The notes: generated by a model not told the origin, from the sequence alone. DNA of 63,877 nucleotides, filler included, from Octopus bimaculoides (GCF_001194135.2; 7 parts of 7 records of this genome joined end to end with filler, not necessarily neighbours in it), one strand, 5' to 3'; counted from the first letter of the whole stretch, positions 12,942 through 26,690 are shown. Numbers and translations are program-made.

Positions 12942-13494
12942 GGTTAATCTGCACATACTACTAAACTAATTCTATGTTTCTACAAGGCTACAGCGTTTTA
13001 GTTTTGACTGTGGTTATTAAATAGTAAGAAGAACCAGATACAGTTTAAATAAACATAGAAAGTTCTTGTTTTCCGAGCGCATACTGCAAGGAACAATAAA
13101 AAGATAGCCAAAGTAATCTAGGCAGTGATCCAATTTAGATCTCAAAGTCGGGTTCCAAGCTCGAATCTGGACATTCAAATATACACTGACTGGCACTCCA
13201 CATGGTAGAAATAGTTACCAAATATCCCTTAAACTGCACTTTGTAGTCTTAAATAAAAAAAAGATATATCAGGCAACATTAGATAATGTTAAATGAGCGA
13301 TATAACACGGGAAAGAAAGAGCAAAGCAAGATGGACTGGTCATAGCTGGAACGCTTTTGAAACAAGATCTGCACATTCAGAGCTGGATGAGTAGGCAGCT
13401 TTGAATCCCCCATCTCTTTCTTTCCCTTACTTTTCACTTTATCGCCTGGACACACCACTAATCTATCCACACCGTTTCCAATTGCTGTGTATAT

Positions 13495-13760
13495 TTATTT
13501 CTTTATTGGCCACAGGGGACTAAACATAGAGGGGACTAAACATAGAGGGGACTAAACATAGAGGGGACTAAACATAGAGGGGACTAAACATAGAGGGGAC
13601 TAAACATAGAGGGGACAAACAAGGACAGACAAAGGGTTTAAGTCGATTACATCGACCCCAGTGCGTAACTGGTACTTATTCAATCGACCCTGAAAGAATG
13701 AAAGGAAAAGTCGACTTCGGCGGAGTTTGAACCCAGAACGTAACGGCAGACGAAATACAT
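13495..13760 (-). mobile_element. SINE family B with an internal 16-bp minisatellite (6 x aggggactaaacatag, 13514-13609)
   Basis: Well-conserved reverse complement of 45765-45998. Confidence 0.92.
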
Positions 13761-14202
13761 GGTTGCTCAACATGATGGAAACAGCAGCAAAATCCCTCTC
13801 TATCGTTTTAGAAAACGCCATGATCAATAAAGTGGTCTTGTTTACTTAGCACATGAGAACAAGATGGGGTGATCATGTCCGGAACGCTATTGCGCATGGG
13901 TCTTTCCAATCAAGGTTGGGTAAGTCTGGAGCATTAAACAAAAACAACAAAACTGAGACAAAAACTGGAAACAAACTAAAGACTGTTCAGTAGGATTAAC
14001 CAAAATCTAACCAAGTGCTTGTTAGTGCGTGTGTGAGTACTTGAGTTTAAGAGTGTTAGTGAGAGCCTGTGTAGATTTATTCAGGGAAGAAGAAAAGCGA
14101 ACGATAAACTGATAATAATATTACATATATTATGTTATTACATACTGAGTGGAATATATGAAAGGTTTGTGTATATGCGTGTGTGTAAGTATAATGTATG
14201 AG

Positions 14203-14236
<34 letters not shown>

Positions 14237-15193
14237 TATATATAATATATACATATATATGTAATGTATATATATATGTGTAATGTATATATATGTAATG
14301 TATACATGTGTAATATATATATATATATATATGTAATGTATACATATATGTGTAATGTATATCTATAATATATATACACATATATAACGTATATATATAT
14401 ACACAGTACATATTTATACACACACATATGAGTGTGCATAAATATATATAATGTATATATATGTATAAATATATATATACAAATATATATATATATATAC
14501 ACTCACATATATATATATGTAAATATGTGTGTATTTATGTAGATATACATACATACACATATACATACACACATACATATACACAAAATATATATTCGAT
14601 ACAAGAACACCATACACACGTGTATACTATACACACACTCAAAGAGAGATAGAGTGAAATAGATATAAATGTGCATAGGTGTATGTACGGGCAATGTGAG
14701 CGAATGTATGTGAGTATGTGCGTATGTTAGAGTATCCTCCCGAAGATCCTCTTGCTTTTTCTGCTGGGATGAAGCATTCGATCAAAAGTGAAGTTACTAT
14801 TTTCACAACATGGCGCCAGGCTTCTCGTATCTCCACATACACATAGATGCACCTTCACACATACATTTAGGAGCGCGGACTTCATGTTGTTTTTTTTTTT
14901 ATCTCACCCTAATGAATCACAGAGATTTAATAGAGTGTCTATTGGATTCTTGTCAGTTGTATGATATTTACTGACTATCGGAATATAGATGCTTCAAGTT
15001 ATGACATTGGGATTCTGTGTGCGCGTGAGTGTGGATCTGCGGTGGGAAGAAGTTGTGCTGGCGATGTTTCTGTGCGTGTGTGTGTGTGTGTGTATTGGCA
15101 TACCCAGTAATCACTCATAAATTATATTTCCCTATATATATATATATATTTCCCTATATATATATATATATATTTCTCTATATATAACATATT

Positions 15194-15224
<31 letters not shown>

Positions 15225-15540
15225 TTCCCTATATATATATATATTTCCCTATATATAACATCGTTATATATATTCATCCATTTGTGTGCGTTGGTATCTA
15301 TCGGTCTATCTACGTGTGTGTATGTTATGTGTGTATTTTTATGTATTTATATTTATGTATGAAAGTGTATGTATTCATACATGATATATATATGTATATA
15401 TATATATACATGTACAGAGAGAGAGAGATAGCGAGAGAGAGATAGCGAGAGAGAGAGAGAGAGAGAGAATGTACATAGATATATGTGTGTGTGTGTATAT
15501 GTATATATATATATATGTTTATATGTGTGTGTGTATATAC

Positions 15541-15571
<31 letters not shown>

Positions 15572-15597
15572 CATGTATAGATATGTTTATATGTGTG

Positions 15598-15636
<39 letters not shown>

Positions 15637-15646
15637 NNNNNNNNNN

Positions 15647-15685
<39 letters not shown>

Positions 15686-15688
15686 TGT

Positions 15689-15725
<37 letters not shown>

Positions 15726-16280
15726 CAGATAGAACTCTATGAACGTATATGTGTATGTACGTATATTAATTAGGATTCCGTTGACCTTTTTCACTTGGTT
15801 AGTTCGCTGATATATTCGCTTTATCACTTCAACAATTTAGCACTTCAGCCAAAACACGGAGACCCCTCCGATGGTCGGTCACATCTATTTCTTACAACAC
15901 CCACTCAGCCGCAAACACACAAACATCCTTGTACACACGCACACGCACTCGCGCGCATGCACAGACATTCGATCGTGTGCATATAACACGATGTGCTCCA
16001 AAGTCTACGAATATAAATCTATGTGCACACACACACACACACACACACACGCAGAGATACATGCAGAGAGGAAGAGAGTGAGGTATATACAGAGAGAGAG
16101 AGGGAGATGTTGAATATGTAGAAATTCAGATTTCTATACGCGTAAGTAAGACGATAGTGCATAATGCGTATACACTCGCGTAACCATAAAACACACTAGT
16201 TTTGCATTCACATACATTCTCAGTTCATATATATATNNNNNNNNNNNNNNNNNNNNNNNNNNNNNNNNNNNNNNNNNNNN

Positions 16281-16292
16281 TTAATTAATTAA
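16281..16292. other. Artificial scaffold linker TTAATTAATTAA inside N runs (also at 20424, 42872, 53890, 55902, 60190)
   Basis: Identical 12-mer centred in N blocks six times; it carries stop codons in all six frames. Confidence 0.92.
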
Positions 16293-16669
16293 NNNNNNNN
16301 NNNNNNNNNNNNNNNNNNNNNNNNNNNNNNNNNNNNATATCAGACTTTAATTAAATTATTACACTTATTATAGTCTTTTCTGCATTGTTGTGCCAACCAA
16401 CAAGAGTAAACAAGAGAGACAGAGACAGGCAGAAAGAAGGAAAATACCCCTTGTATTTGAATACTATGCAAATATTATTTTACAAAACTTTTCATTTAAT
16501 TTTTCCCAAATTTAATTGTTTTCCATACTCACAGTTGAAAAAGTCTCAATGACCTAAACCAGTACTGAAATGTTTTTTATAAAATTATTTTAGCATTTTC
16601 TACCTTGACTTTTTTCCATATATATATATATATAGATATATATATATATATATATATGCAGTTTTGATT

Positions 16670-16850
16670 CCCGAACAGGGCGATGCGTTGTGTTCTTGTG
16701 CAAAACACTTACATTTGACCTTGCTTCAGCTCGACTCTGCTATCAAAAATGAGTAACTCTGCGACAGCTCAGTGTCCCATACAAGGGGAATATTCACGCC
16801 ACATAATTTGGGAACCTGGCCTTCTGACCCAATGGCTTGAAAAGGACATA
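16670..16850 (+). mobile_element. Degenerate SINE family D fragment (V/CORE-like central motif)
   Basis: ttgtgttcttgtgcaaaacacttacattt...ttgcttcagctcgactc resembles ccttgagcaaggcc...ttgctccag at 62470. Confidence 0.5.
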
Positions 16851-17940
16851 TCCAAATACATATATGCATACCTTCAGCAGGGTCCTATGTAACATGGTAG
16901 TCTGATGATAAAAATGAATATTGTTATTATACACACACTCAAATACTCACACACACAATGCACACAAACACACATACACACTCACACACACATGCACACA
17001 TGCACACAATGTATGTATTCAGTGGGTGGAGAATTTTAACCATCTGGAATTATGCTTGTAATTTAAAGGTAAAATCCTCTCTTGATCGTATTCAAATCTG
17101 TGAAAGGCTCACGTAAGAGATAACTCCTACAATATTAGTCGATCTGTTTTTCTCTGTTGTTTTTCCAAAATTAAGACAATGCAGTTTGGAGCAGACAAGA
17201 TCTGTGTAACTAGCTGGTGAACGCTACCAATACAATTTGTAATGTAGCGTTAGATTTCTTCCCCGAAGGTTATTCACTTGCAAATATTAGTTCGATATGG
17301 AAAAGTCAATAGTCAAAGTGTTTACATACACACGCACGCTCTCACACACACATGCATATAAACATACACTCAATTACATGTATAAATACATAACCTGACT
17401 GTCTTATCTTCTCTTATCTTGTATGTCTGTAAGTATGTATGGATTTATGCGTGTATAGTGAAAGAGATAGGATGTGTACATTGTTAATGTGTGTCAACAA
17501 CATGCAGTGGAGAAAATATCTCAAGGGAGCATTCTGCATGAAGTACGTGTGTCTATATGTATATATATGTATATGTGTGTGTGCGTGTGCATTATAGTCT
17601 AGTGGTTGTGTATTTTGCTAATAGGTTTGCTACTAGTAATAATGATACTGGGTATTATGTGTAATTTCAATTCGGTAGTGGTGGTGATGATGATAGGTAA
17701 GCATATATTACGCGAAAAGCAAAGCTTCGTCATAGAAATACTACTGTAAATGTATTTGCAAAACTTCCCTTAACCTTCCTATTATTGCTACAACTTACAT
17801 ATCACCTATGTTTACAACGATGTCGACATGTAAGAATTACCTGAGCTGAAGCGATTTATATTATTATCAGAAATGGTGATTATTACAGAAAGATATTCAT
17901 TTTTCTGTTACCAAAAGTGATTTTGTAGATAATACTTATT

Positions 17941-18130
17941 ACCTGGCAGAATCGCTGGGGGATCGGAATATAAGGTTAATCATTTTATATTTTGAATTCA
18001 AATTCCGCGGAATTCAACTTTGTCTCTCACCTTTGCGAAAACTATAAAATAAAGTACCAGTCAAGTACAGGGACCGATTTACCTTTTTTACATTTGCTGG
18101 TCTTGTACCAAGATTTAAAGCCGTTAGTAT
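17941..18130 (+). mobile_element. Degenerate SINE family B
   Basis: ctggcagaatcg ... ttcaaattccgc ... taaagtaccagtcaagtac. Confidence 0.65.
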
Positions 18131-18258
18131 TATGGTAATTTTGGCCCAGTTTTGTGCACCCGATGATGTGCGTTGTCCACCGCCGACTTCGATCTTTGTC
18201 ACCTTCGTTCGATGCGAAAGAAGTCATTTGAGGAATACTTAGAATTGAACGTAAAGCA

Positions 18259-18323
<65 letters not shown>

Positions 18324-18590
18324 GTGAGAGAGAGAGAGAGAGAGAGATTAAATACTAGAATCGATTTGTACGACTATACACTTCGAGGTGGGGCCACAGC
18401 GCGGTTGCAGTCAGATGAGTAAAACACGTAATAGGTAATGCGCCCCCCTACACACTCACATAGAGTTAATGATGAAAGATAAAAAATAAAAAAATAAAAA
18501 AAAACTGGAAGTTCAAGGAACGTCTGCACTTAATATTAAGTTGGCTCTCAAAGAAGAAAGGACGTTATAAAGGGAAAACTATAGAGTAAA

Positions 18591-18627
18591 AGTATAACGT
18601 TTCCGACATTAGTCCTTCGTCAGATAT
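18591..18627 (-). ncRNA. Candidate minimal hammerhead ribozyme (partly decayed) in a Penelope-pLTR-like segment
   Basis: Minus strand: tat CUGACGA a ggac uaau gucg GAAA cg UU aua; palindromic AACGUU stem III; the stem II closing pair is mismatched and stem I has only 3 bp. Confidence 0.55.
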
Positions 18628-18774
18628 ATAGAGAAAAGCCGAGGGAAAAATAGAAAGAATAGATGAAAACAGATATAAAGTGAGCTAGGAAAAAAAAAGA
18701 ACTTGAGTGACACGTGTGTGTGTGTCTTGGGAGAGTCATCACACCAATAATAATAAAGACATACATATTATCAC

Positions 18775-18776
<2 letters not shown>

Positions 18777-18839
<63 letters not shown>

Positions 18840-18846
18840 CCATCAC
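18777..18846. repeat. (CAT)n microsatellite
   Basis: Direct reading. Confidence 0.95.
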
Positions 18847-19245
18847 CAGCGCATGCGAACAAAGTGAAACTGGGGTACAAATATATGAAACCCAGTATAC
18901 CCATCATGACTACTCGTCTGATAAGGGTACACCAGGCACATGCATCATTATCATATGTGTGTGTCATGGTGATCACATATCATGATAAACAGCGCATGAC
19001 CTTGCAGGTGAAGGCCCTGTTAGAATTTCCTTCAAATAGCGTAGCCTATCCTGCTCAAAAGGTCCCTGAATAAAGATTATTTAAAGATGATGAAAGAAAC
19101 ACCCATGTTTCCTGGGGTGAATTGTTCAAACCCCAAAGAATCCCTCTCAGCACATGACTACGATGCCCCCTCATTACTTCTGCTCCTGATCAGAGATGCA
19201 TATATCGTCAGCCACCAAAGGACAAGTTCAACTGGTTAAAAGTCA

Positions 19246-20055
19246 TACCGTTTCCCATCTCTCAGCACATATTCTGCATTTGTCGCTATCGGTCAATTCT
19301 GCACTTCATATAATTGGTCCTTAACGCTTGTTCCTGAGCTGCGCATATGAGTGCTTCTGCCTCTATCTTCAGGTCATTCCTCCTCATCCATAGCCACCGG
19401 TCTTCTGTATCTGTCTTGGCGTTCATATTTCTTGCAAACTGACCGTACATTTTTTCCTTCCATGCTTTTTTTGTTCATTTCTTAAATAATTTCTTGAGTT
19501 ACACAATTTTCAGTTTTAATGACGCCGGCCTTTTTCGTGTGTTTCAACAGTGGCTCCGCGGCATTTTTCATACACCACCCTAGGCTATTTTCCTCAGCTT
19601 CGACACAGTCCTAGCAACTGATCAAATATCTTCCACCCTTTCTTCTGAACAAGTATAACCTATCAGTATCACTCTTAGGGTGGAAGGCTCTGTGTATTGT
19701 CAACATTTTTCTGGGCTTGGTATCCATTTTCTTAATTTCTCTCTTTTGCCATTTTATAATTACTGCTCCATACCGAAGTGATGCTTTCGCCCACGTATTA
19801 ACTGCTTGGATTTTATTCCATCCAGTCAATTTTGAGCACATCACCAACCTCAATCTTCAGAAATACTCCATCCTCAGTTGTTCTTTCATTTCTTTTTCCG
19901 TTATCTCGTTGAACTCAAGTACACTAAGATATTTGTATCTTTCCGTTTCAATTTGCTTAATCAAGTCTCTATTCGGTAATTCTATCCCTGCCAGGAACTG
20001 TACATTGCCTCTTTGTAGGTAGATTACTCCGTACTTCTTGAGTCCAAATTTCATT
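19246..20055 (-). mobile_element. R4/Dong-type RLE LINE internal fragment
   Basis: MKFGLKK..YKYL..LE, NKIQAVNTWA..LRYG, HPKSDTDRLYL.RRKGGR.L, KMYGQF, EALICAAQEQALRTNY across frameshifts. Confidence 0.92.
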
Positions 20056-20056
20056 C

Positions 20057-20075
20057 TATTATTATTATTATTAAA

Positions 20076-20140
<65 letters not shown>

Positions 20141-20142
20141 CA
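20057..20142. repeat. (TTA)n microsatellite between two RLE LINE pieces
   Basis: Direct reading. Confidence 0.95.
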
Positions 20143-20379
20143 TTTAATGTTTGACTTTTGCTTTGCATTTGTACATGTTGGATCCAAGTCTCATCCAGAG
20201 ACCTCAAGAGACAACAAGTTAGAAGTTCATGTAGGTGTTATGTTTAGGGTACCATATATTTGGATTTGTACATAGTGTTGTTCTAGAGAATGTTTAAGAA
20301 ACCGTAAGAAAAGTATGTGTTTGTTTTAAAATTTGAGATCACATAGACAGTATTTTACGTAGGATATGGGCAGTTCCCA
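20143..20379 (-). mobile_element. 3' end and 3' UTR of an R4/Dong-type LINE ending in (AAT)n
   Basis: Minus strand reads GTAHILRKILSM*, the same terminal motif as 1745-1910; cut by a gap. Confidence 0.75.
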
Positions 20380-20480
20380 NNNNNNNNNNNNNNNNNNNNN
20401 NNNNNNNNNNNNNNNNNNNNNNNTTAATTAATTAANNNNNNNNNNNNNNNNNNNNNNNNNNNNNNNNNNNNNNNNNNNNT

Positions 20481-20906
20481 GACTACTGACCAAGACCTTT
20501 GGAAATGTGCTGTGCGTGAGAAGACCCAGCAAGCCAAGTAAGATCGTTGCCAGTGCCCCTGGACTGGCTCTTGTGCGGGTGGCACATAAAAGACACCATT
20601 TCGAGCATGATCGTTGCCAGTATCGCCTGACTGGCCTTCGTGTGGGTGACACTTAAAAGCACCTACTACACTCTCTGAGTGGTTGGCGTTAGGAAGGGCA
20701 TCCAGCTGTAGAAACTCTGCCAAATTTAGATTGGAGCCTGGTGTTGCCATCCGGTTTCACCAGTCCTCAGTCAAATCGTCCAANNNNNNNNNNTTAGATT
20801 GGAGCCTGGTGTTGCCATCCGGTTTCACCAGTCCTCAGTCAAATCGTCCAACCCATGCTAGCATGGAAAGCGGACGTTAAACGATGATGATGATGATGAT
20901 GATGAT
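20481..20906 (+). mobile_element. RTE LINE 3' end (last codons, 3' UTR, (GAT)n tail)
   Basis: DQDLWKCAVREKTQQAK*, then the UTR shared with 23818-24300 and 53947-54311. Confidence 0.9.
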
Positions 20907-20997
20907 ATATACACACACACATATATATACATATATATACATATATATACATATAAATACATACACGCACACACCCATATATATACATACACACATA

Positions 20998-22234
20998 TTG
21001 GGTCATCCCATAAATAATACAGTTTTTTCAATTACATGAACTAAAAGTCAGAGGGGGATAGGATAACCTACTTGCGTCAACTTGCCATAGAAGCAGATAG
21101 TAATTTTATATTATCCTTATTCTTAGTGCAAGTTTTTAAGAGTACAGTTCGATTTTAACAGTTATTTTTTCAAAGCTATAATGGAAGTGACAAAGGAGCA
21201 TATTTGGTGTATTTTGCTTTATGAATTCAGTAAAGGCTCAACACAACGGAAAGTGCAAGGAATATTAATGTAGTACATTGGGATTGGATAATAAGCATAA
21301 ACCAGTGTCAGAAATTCTGAGCTGGAAACTACGGCCTAGAAAACGAGCCACACCCTGGAAAATCTGTAGAGCTTGACAAGGACATCCTGCAAACCCTGAT
21401 AGAACAAAATCCCATCATAACTGTTGAGGAACTGGCAGAGAAGCTTGGATTTGGTCATTCAACCATTCATCAACACCTACGTGCCATTGGAAAAGTTAGC
21501 AAATTGAGTCAATGGGTTTCTCACAAACTTTCTGTGTCTAATTGCATGCAGAGAATGAATGTGTGCTCTTCTTTGCTGTCACATCTCATGAATGAACCCT
21601 TTCCGGAGCGAATAGTGATTGGTGATGAGAAATGGGTTCTCTATAGAAATTGTCAAGCACCAAAGAAAGTGGGTAGGGAAAGGAGAAACACCAGCACCCT
21701 AGGCTAAAGAAGGTTTTCCCCCAAGGTGTAAATTGTCTGTTTGGTGGGATATGAAAGGTTTAGTCCACTTTGAACTTTTAAACCTAAACCAAATAATAAC
21801 AAAGGAGATCTACTGCGAGCACCTTGAGTGGTTTAAGTCAGCGTGGTGTTCTTCCATCAGGATAATGCTTGGCCATGTACAGCGGAGATGACATTCCAAA
21901 GGCTGGAGCAGTTTGACTGGGAAACGATGCCCCAACCACCATATTTGCCTGACATTGCCCCTTCTGATTATCATGTATTGTGCAGTCTTCAAAATCATTT
22001 GGACGGAAAAAATATGAATTCTGTAGATGAGGTCAGAACAGTACTGGAGGTGTATTTTTTGTCATGAACGAGGGAATTTTGGGAGAGGGACCTTGTGAGT
22101 CTACCAGATAGATGGAAGAGCATTGTAGAAAATGAAGGAGGAGTATATCTTAGATTAAAAAAGAATTTTGTTTATCTTAATTTTGAAAAATAAAAGAAGT
22201 ATAAAAAGACCACATTATTTATGAGATGACCCAA
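20998..22234 (+). mobile_element. Full-length (1237 bp) decayed mariner transposon, DD34D type
   Basis: ~30-bp TIRs ttgggtcatcccataaataat / attatttatgagatgacccaa; TA on the left, TG on the right; ATG 21181; motifs WVSHKL, GDEKW, HQDNA, YLPDIAPSDY; several frameshifts and stops. Confidence 0.95.
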
Positions 22235-23349
22235 TGTATGTGTTTATATTGTATATATGTGTGTGAGTGTGTGTGTTTCTGTGTAAATCAAACCAAGGGA
22301 AAAGCCATTTCCTCCAGAGGGATGGAAAACATCCAATTTTCAGTGGTACTTCAGTTGTATACCAAAACAAAAAAAAAAAATGGTATAATTACAATATACA
22401 AATATTTATGCATATATGAATTTTTCTTGTAGACCATATAATATTTAATATATATCATATTATATTCTTTCTAATTTGTATACACATAACAATTATAGAA
22501 TAATAAAACTGTTCGCTTACTCAAATTTATTTTCTTCTGTAAAACTAAGTAAAATTCTAATACTTTATTTATCTATATATTATTATCATTTTTATGTAAG
22601 AAACAGTATAGTTTATGATAATCATAACTTTATGCATATGTTTAACGTCAACGTATTTAGAAGAAACTTTTGAATTAATGAATCATTGATTAAAAATTTT
22701 TTTAATGAATTTAGTGTCTGAATAAAATATATCCTTATTTTTTTTCTTTCATCATAGTACAGTGTACCCCCACCTATTTACAGTTAGTTATTTGCAGTCC
22801 AGGTTATTCATGGAACAAATAATTGTTCACGGAAACCACTGCATATTTGCAGAATCATAAATATTGTCCACGAATTTTTATGACTTCTTACATGGCAATC
22901 TCTCTCTCTCTCTCTTCTTCTTATTATTATTATCATAGTATAGATTACTGTATCTAGTGCTAATACAAGCTAAATTTTTCGAACCCATGATTATTTTTAA
23001 TCTCTGCTCAATCTCCCATTGGTCGTATGTGTATATTAGATGCAAGGAAGATTTTTTTTGTACATTTTGGGGGGAAAAACTGCTTGTAAACACAGGTATA
23101 TTTTAAATCAGTCTCTTTTATGATTTAGCAGTCCTTGCATGGAATATTTGTGTTTTATGAACAAATATTGCCTGGAGGAGACTCATATGAATAAGAGTGA
23201 ATTTTTATAAATTCACCAGTAGATATGAGTCAAAGCAAATTGTTGGATTTATATTTGTTTTAATTATTTGTTATATTATATTATAAATTATATCATATTA
23301 TATCATTTTATAGTGTGATTATATTATAATGTAAATAAATTTTTAATGT

Positions 23350-23770
23350 GGTGCAGGAGTGACTGTGTGGTAAGTAGCTTGCTTACCAACCACATGGCTC
23401 TGGGTTCGGTCCCACTGCATGGCACCTTAGGCAAGTTTCTTCTACTATAGCCTTGGGCCGACCAAAGCCTTGTGAGTGGATTTGGTAGATGGAAAGTTAA
23501 AAGAAGCCCATCGTATATATGTATATATATATATGTGAGTGTGTGTTTGTGTGTCTGTTTTTGCCCCCCCCCCCCCCGACATCGCTTGACAACCGATGCT
23601 GGTGTGTTTACGTCCCCATAACTTAGTGGTTCGGCAAAAGAGACTGATAGAATAAGTACTAGGCTTACAAAGAATAAGTCTTGGGGTCAATTTGCTCGAC
23701 TAAAGGCGGTGCTCCAGCATGGCCGCAGTCAAATGACGGACACAAGTAAAAGAGTAAAAGAGAGAGAGAG
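23350..23770 (+). mobile_element. Full SINE family A (tRNA-like head, internal TA/TG microsatellite, AG-rich tail)
   Basis: A-box-like tgactgtgtgg, B-box-like ggttcggtccc; many partial copies elsewhere in the window. Confidence 0.9.
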
Positions 23771-23817
23771 TGTCAATTGTATTTCTCTATTTCCTTTAAT
23801 ATTTATATATATATATA

Positions 23818-26690
23818 CCATCATCATCATTCATCATCGTTTAATGTCTGTTTTCCATGCTAGCATGGGTTGAATGGTTTGACTGTTGTCTGGAAAGCCA
23901 GGAGGCTGCACCAGGTTCCCGTCTGATCTAGCAGTGTTTCTACAGCTGGATGACCTTCCTAACGCCAACCACTCTGTGAGTGTAGTGGGTGCTTTTTATG
24001 TGCCACTGGCACAGGGGCCAGAGGGGGCTGGCAACAGCCATGATAGGTTGGTGCTTTTTACGTGCCAGCAGCATGGAAGCCAGTTAAGGTGGCACTGGCA
24101 TTGGCCACATTCGGGTGGTGTTTTTTACGTGCCACCGGCACGAGTATCACAACTACAATTCCTATTAGATTTTCATTTTGATGTTGATGTACTTGACTCA
24201 ATAGGTCTCCTCAAGCACAGCAGGTCACCCTCTGATCCAAGGTACTTTTGAATAGACTAGAGCTGGTTATGCAAAACTGGTGTAGGATACAGCCGTAAAC
24301 TCACTTTATTTGCCAGGTCTTCACAGTGACAGCATATCTCCAGAGGTCTCGGTCTTTCGGCATTGCCTTTGTGAGGCCCAACATTCGAAGGTCATGCCTT
24401 ACTACCTTATCCCATGTCTTCCTGGGTCTAGCTCTACCCCGGGTTCCTTCAACTGTTTGGGAGTGGTACTTCTTCACACAGCTCTCCTCATCCATCCATA
24501 ATACATGACCATACCAGCGCAAATGTCTCTCTTGCATGCCACATCCAATGCTTCTTATGTTCAACATTTCTCTGAGGGTGCTTACACTCTGTCATGTGTG
24601 CACACTGACATTACATATCCAATGGATCATGCTAGCTTCATTTCTTTCAAGCCTACGCATGTCCTCCGTCCATGTTTCACAGCCGTAAAGCATGGCAGTT
24701 CACACCCATGCATCATACAATCTACCTTTCACTCTGAGTGAGAGGCCCTTTGTCACCAGTAGGGGTAGAAGCTTTCTAAACTTTTCCAGGCTATTCTTAT
24801 TCTGGTGGTAACACTCTCAGAGCATAACATCCCCACTACTAACTTGGTCACCTAGGTAGCGGAAGCTATCAACTACTTCTAGTTTCTCCCCCTGGAGTGT
24901 GATGGAATCTGTTTTTTGAGAATCTGTGGTGTTTATTGCCCCTGTGCATCTGCAGATTCTCTCCTTAATGAGAGGGTCTATGACCCTCTCCATGACCTTC
25001 AGCACCTGATCCAGCAGTTTAATACCCCTGTAGTTATTTCTATCTAGAGCATCACCTTTACCCTTGTAGCAGTTGACTATGGTGCTGCTACACCAGTCAT
25101 TGGATATGACTCCATCCTGAACTACCTGGTTTACAATGCTAATGACTAGGCCATAGCCCACACCACCAGATATTTTAAGCATCTCAGCAGGGATTTCTGA
25201 TTGGCCGTGGGCTTTTCCTGGCTTTATATCCTTAATTGCTTTATCTACTAGGGAGCTGTCTATTCGGATAGCTGGTCCCTCTACTGGGTCAACATTTGGC
25301 AGGCTCTCCTCCTCCCATTCATTATCCATGTTCAGCAGCATTTCATAATGGCACTTCCAAGCCTCTTTCTTTGCAGAATCATTAAAAGCAAGTGCACCAT
25401 CATCCATGCGGACACATTTCTCTCCTGTGACATCACAATTTTCTCTCACACACTGTCTTACAATCTGAAATACTTCAGTTCTTTGGCCCTCATGTTGCTG
25501 GACATTGGCAAACTTCTTTTCTGCTTCACCCTTGGTTATGTATACCAGCTGCCCAGCCTTTCTTTTGGCTACCTGATACAGTTCTCTGCTACCCCCACAC
25601 TTCCAGACTTTCCAGGCCTGTTTCTTTGCTCTAATGGCTTTGTCTACCATACTATTTTACCACCACGTAACTCTAGGTCTGGAAGGGACTTTGCACCATC
25701 CACAGACTTCGTCTGTGACACTCAGCAAGCTGTCCCATAGGAATTTCCAGCTACCTTCTATGTCCGACGTTTTTAGTTCCTCCTCCCTCTCATCAAATTT
25801 CTTGATGAGGATGTCCCTAAATCTCTGACCATGTGAAGGGTTCTTTAGCTTCTAAATTCTTCTTTTATGGATTGGCCTGCTTTTTGGTATCCTTCTGGCT
25901 TTGAACCTAAAGTCACTAATGACTAGTCTATGCTGGTGGGGTACATTCTTCACCCGGGAAAGTCTTTGTATTTAAGTGCAACCCTGCATCTCACTGTCTG
26001 GTGAGGATGAAATCAGTCTGGCTAGCAGAGTCACCTGACTGATAGGTTTTCAGGTGGCTGTCTGGTTTCCTGAAGTTAGTGTTGCAGATTAAAAGGTCAC
26101 AGAACTCCAGTATCCTACTTCCCTAATTGTTTCGGGAACCAATACCATGGCCCCCATGTACACCAGTGAAGTTACCAGATTGCCATCCAGCATACCCATT
26201 AAAATCTCCAGCCACAAAGATATGGTCATTGCCACTCGTCTTTGAGGTAGCCTGTAGAAGGGTATCATAAAAATGGTCCTTCTGATCATTTGGTAGGTCC
26301 GCTTGTGGGGCATAGGCAGATATAATTGTAGCTGTACTGCTCTGCAGGACTAGCCTGAGTGTAAGCACTCTATTGCATACCCTGACAGCCTCTATGACTT
26401 TATCTACCCATTTCTCCACAAGGAGTATGCCTACACCCCCCCCCACTCCATCTATGTTACCTTCCCAGAAGATTTTATACCTATGTGCTTTGCCGGTGAG
26501 GATGAAGCTCCTCTCCATCTTACCTCTTGTATGCAGCATACATCGACATGTCTCCTTTCAAGCATCTCTACAATCTCACTAGACCTACCTTTCAGTGTGC
26601 CTACATTGACTGTACCAACTCTGAAAACTGGGAAAGGAATGTGGGTGAGGTTTGGGGAGGAGAGATGTTATTCAGTGCCTGAAATGAAGA
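23818..26690 (-). mobile_element. Near full-length RTE LINE (APE-RT) with an in-frame deletion of the RT core
   Basis: APE start VGTVNVGTLKGRSSEIVEMLERRHVDVCCIQEVRWRG, AGDFNG, RT entry YKGKGDALDRNNYRGIKLL, then YLGD, RLRWYGHV, RGRARPRKTW, stop 24301, (GAT)n tail. Confidence 0.95.

Noticed and set aside
13514-13609. Short regular repeats as a CRISPR array
   Set aside because: Head-to-tail units with no spacers, inside a SINE in a eukaryotic context
14700-14850. Short open frames on both strands (EYPPEDPLAF..., EIREAWRHVV...)
   Set aside because: No convincing splice signals or domain similarity
20725-20851. Tandem duplications flanking 10-N gaps (also 56290-56412)
   Set aside because: Identical sequence on both sides of a tiny gap indicates an unmerged contig overlap
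22754-23100. ta-cagtgtaccccc as the left TIR of a Tigger-like MITE
   Set aside because: No matching right TIR identified
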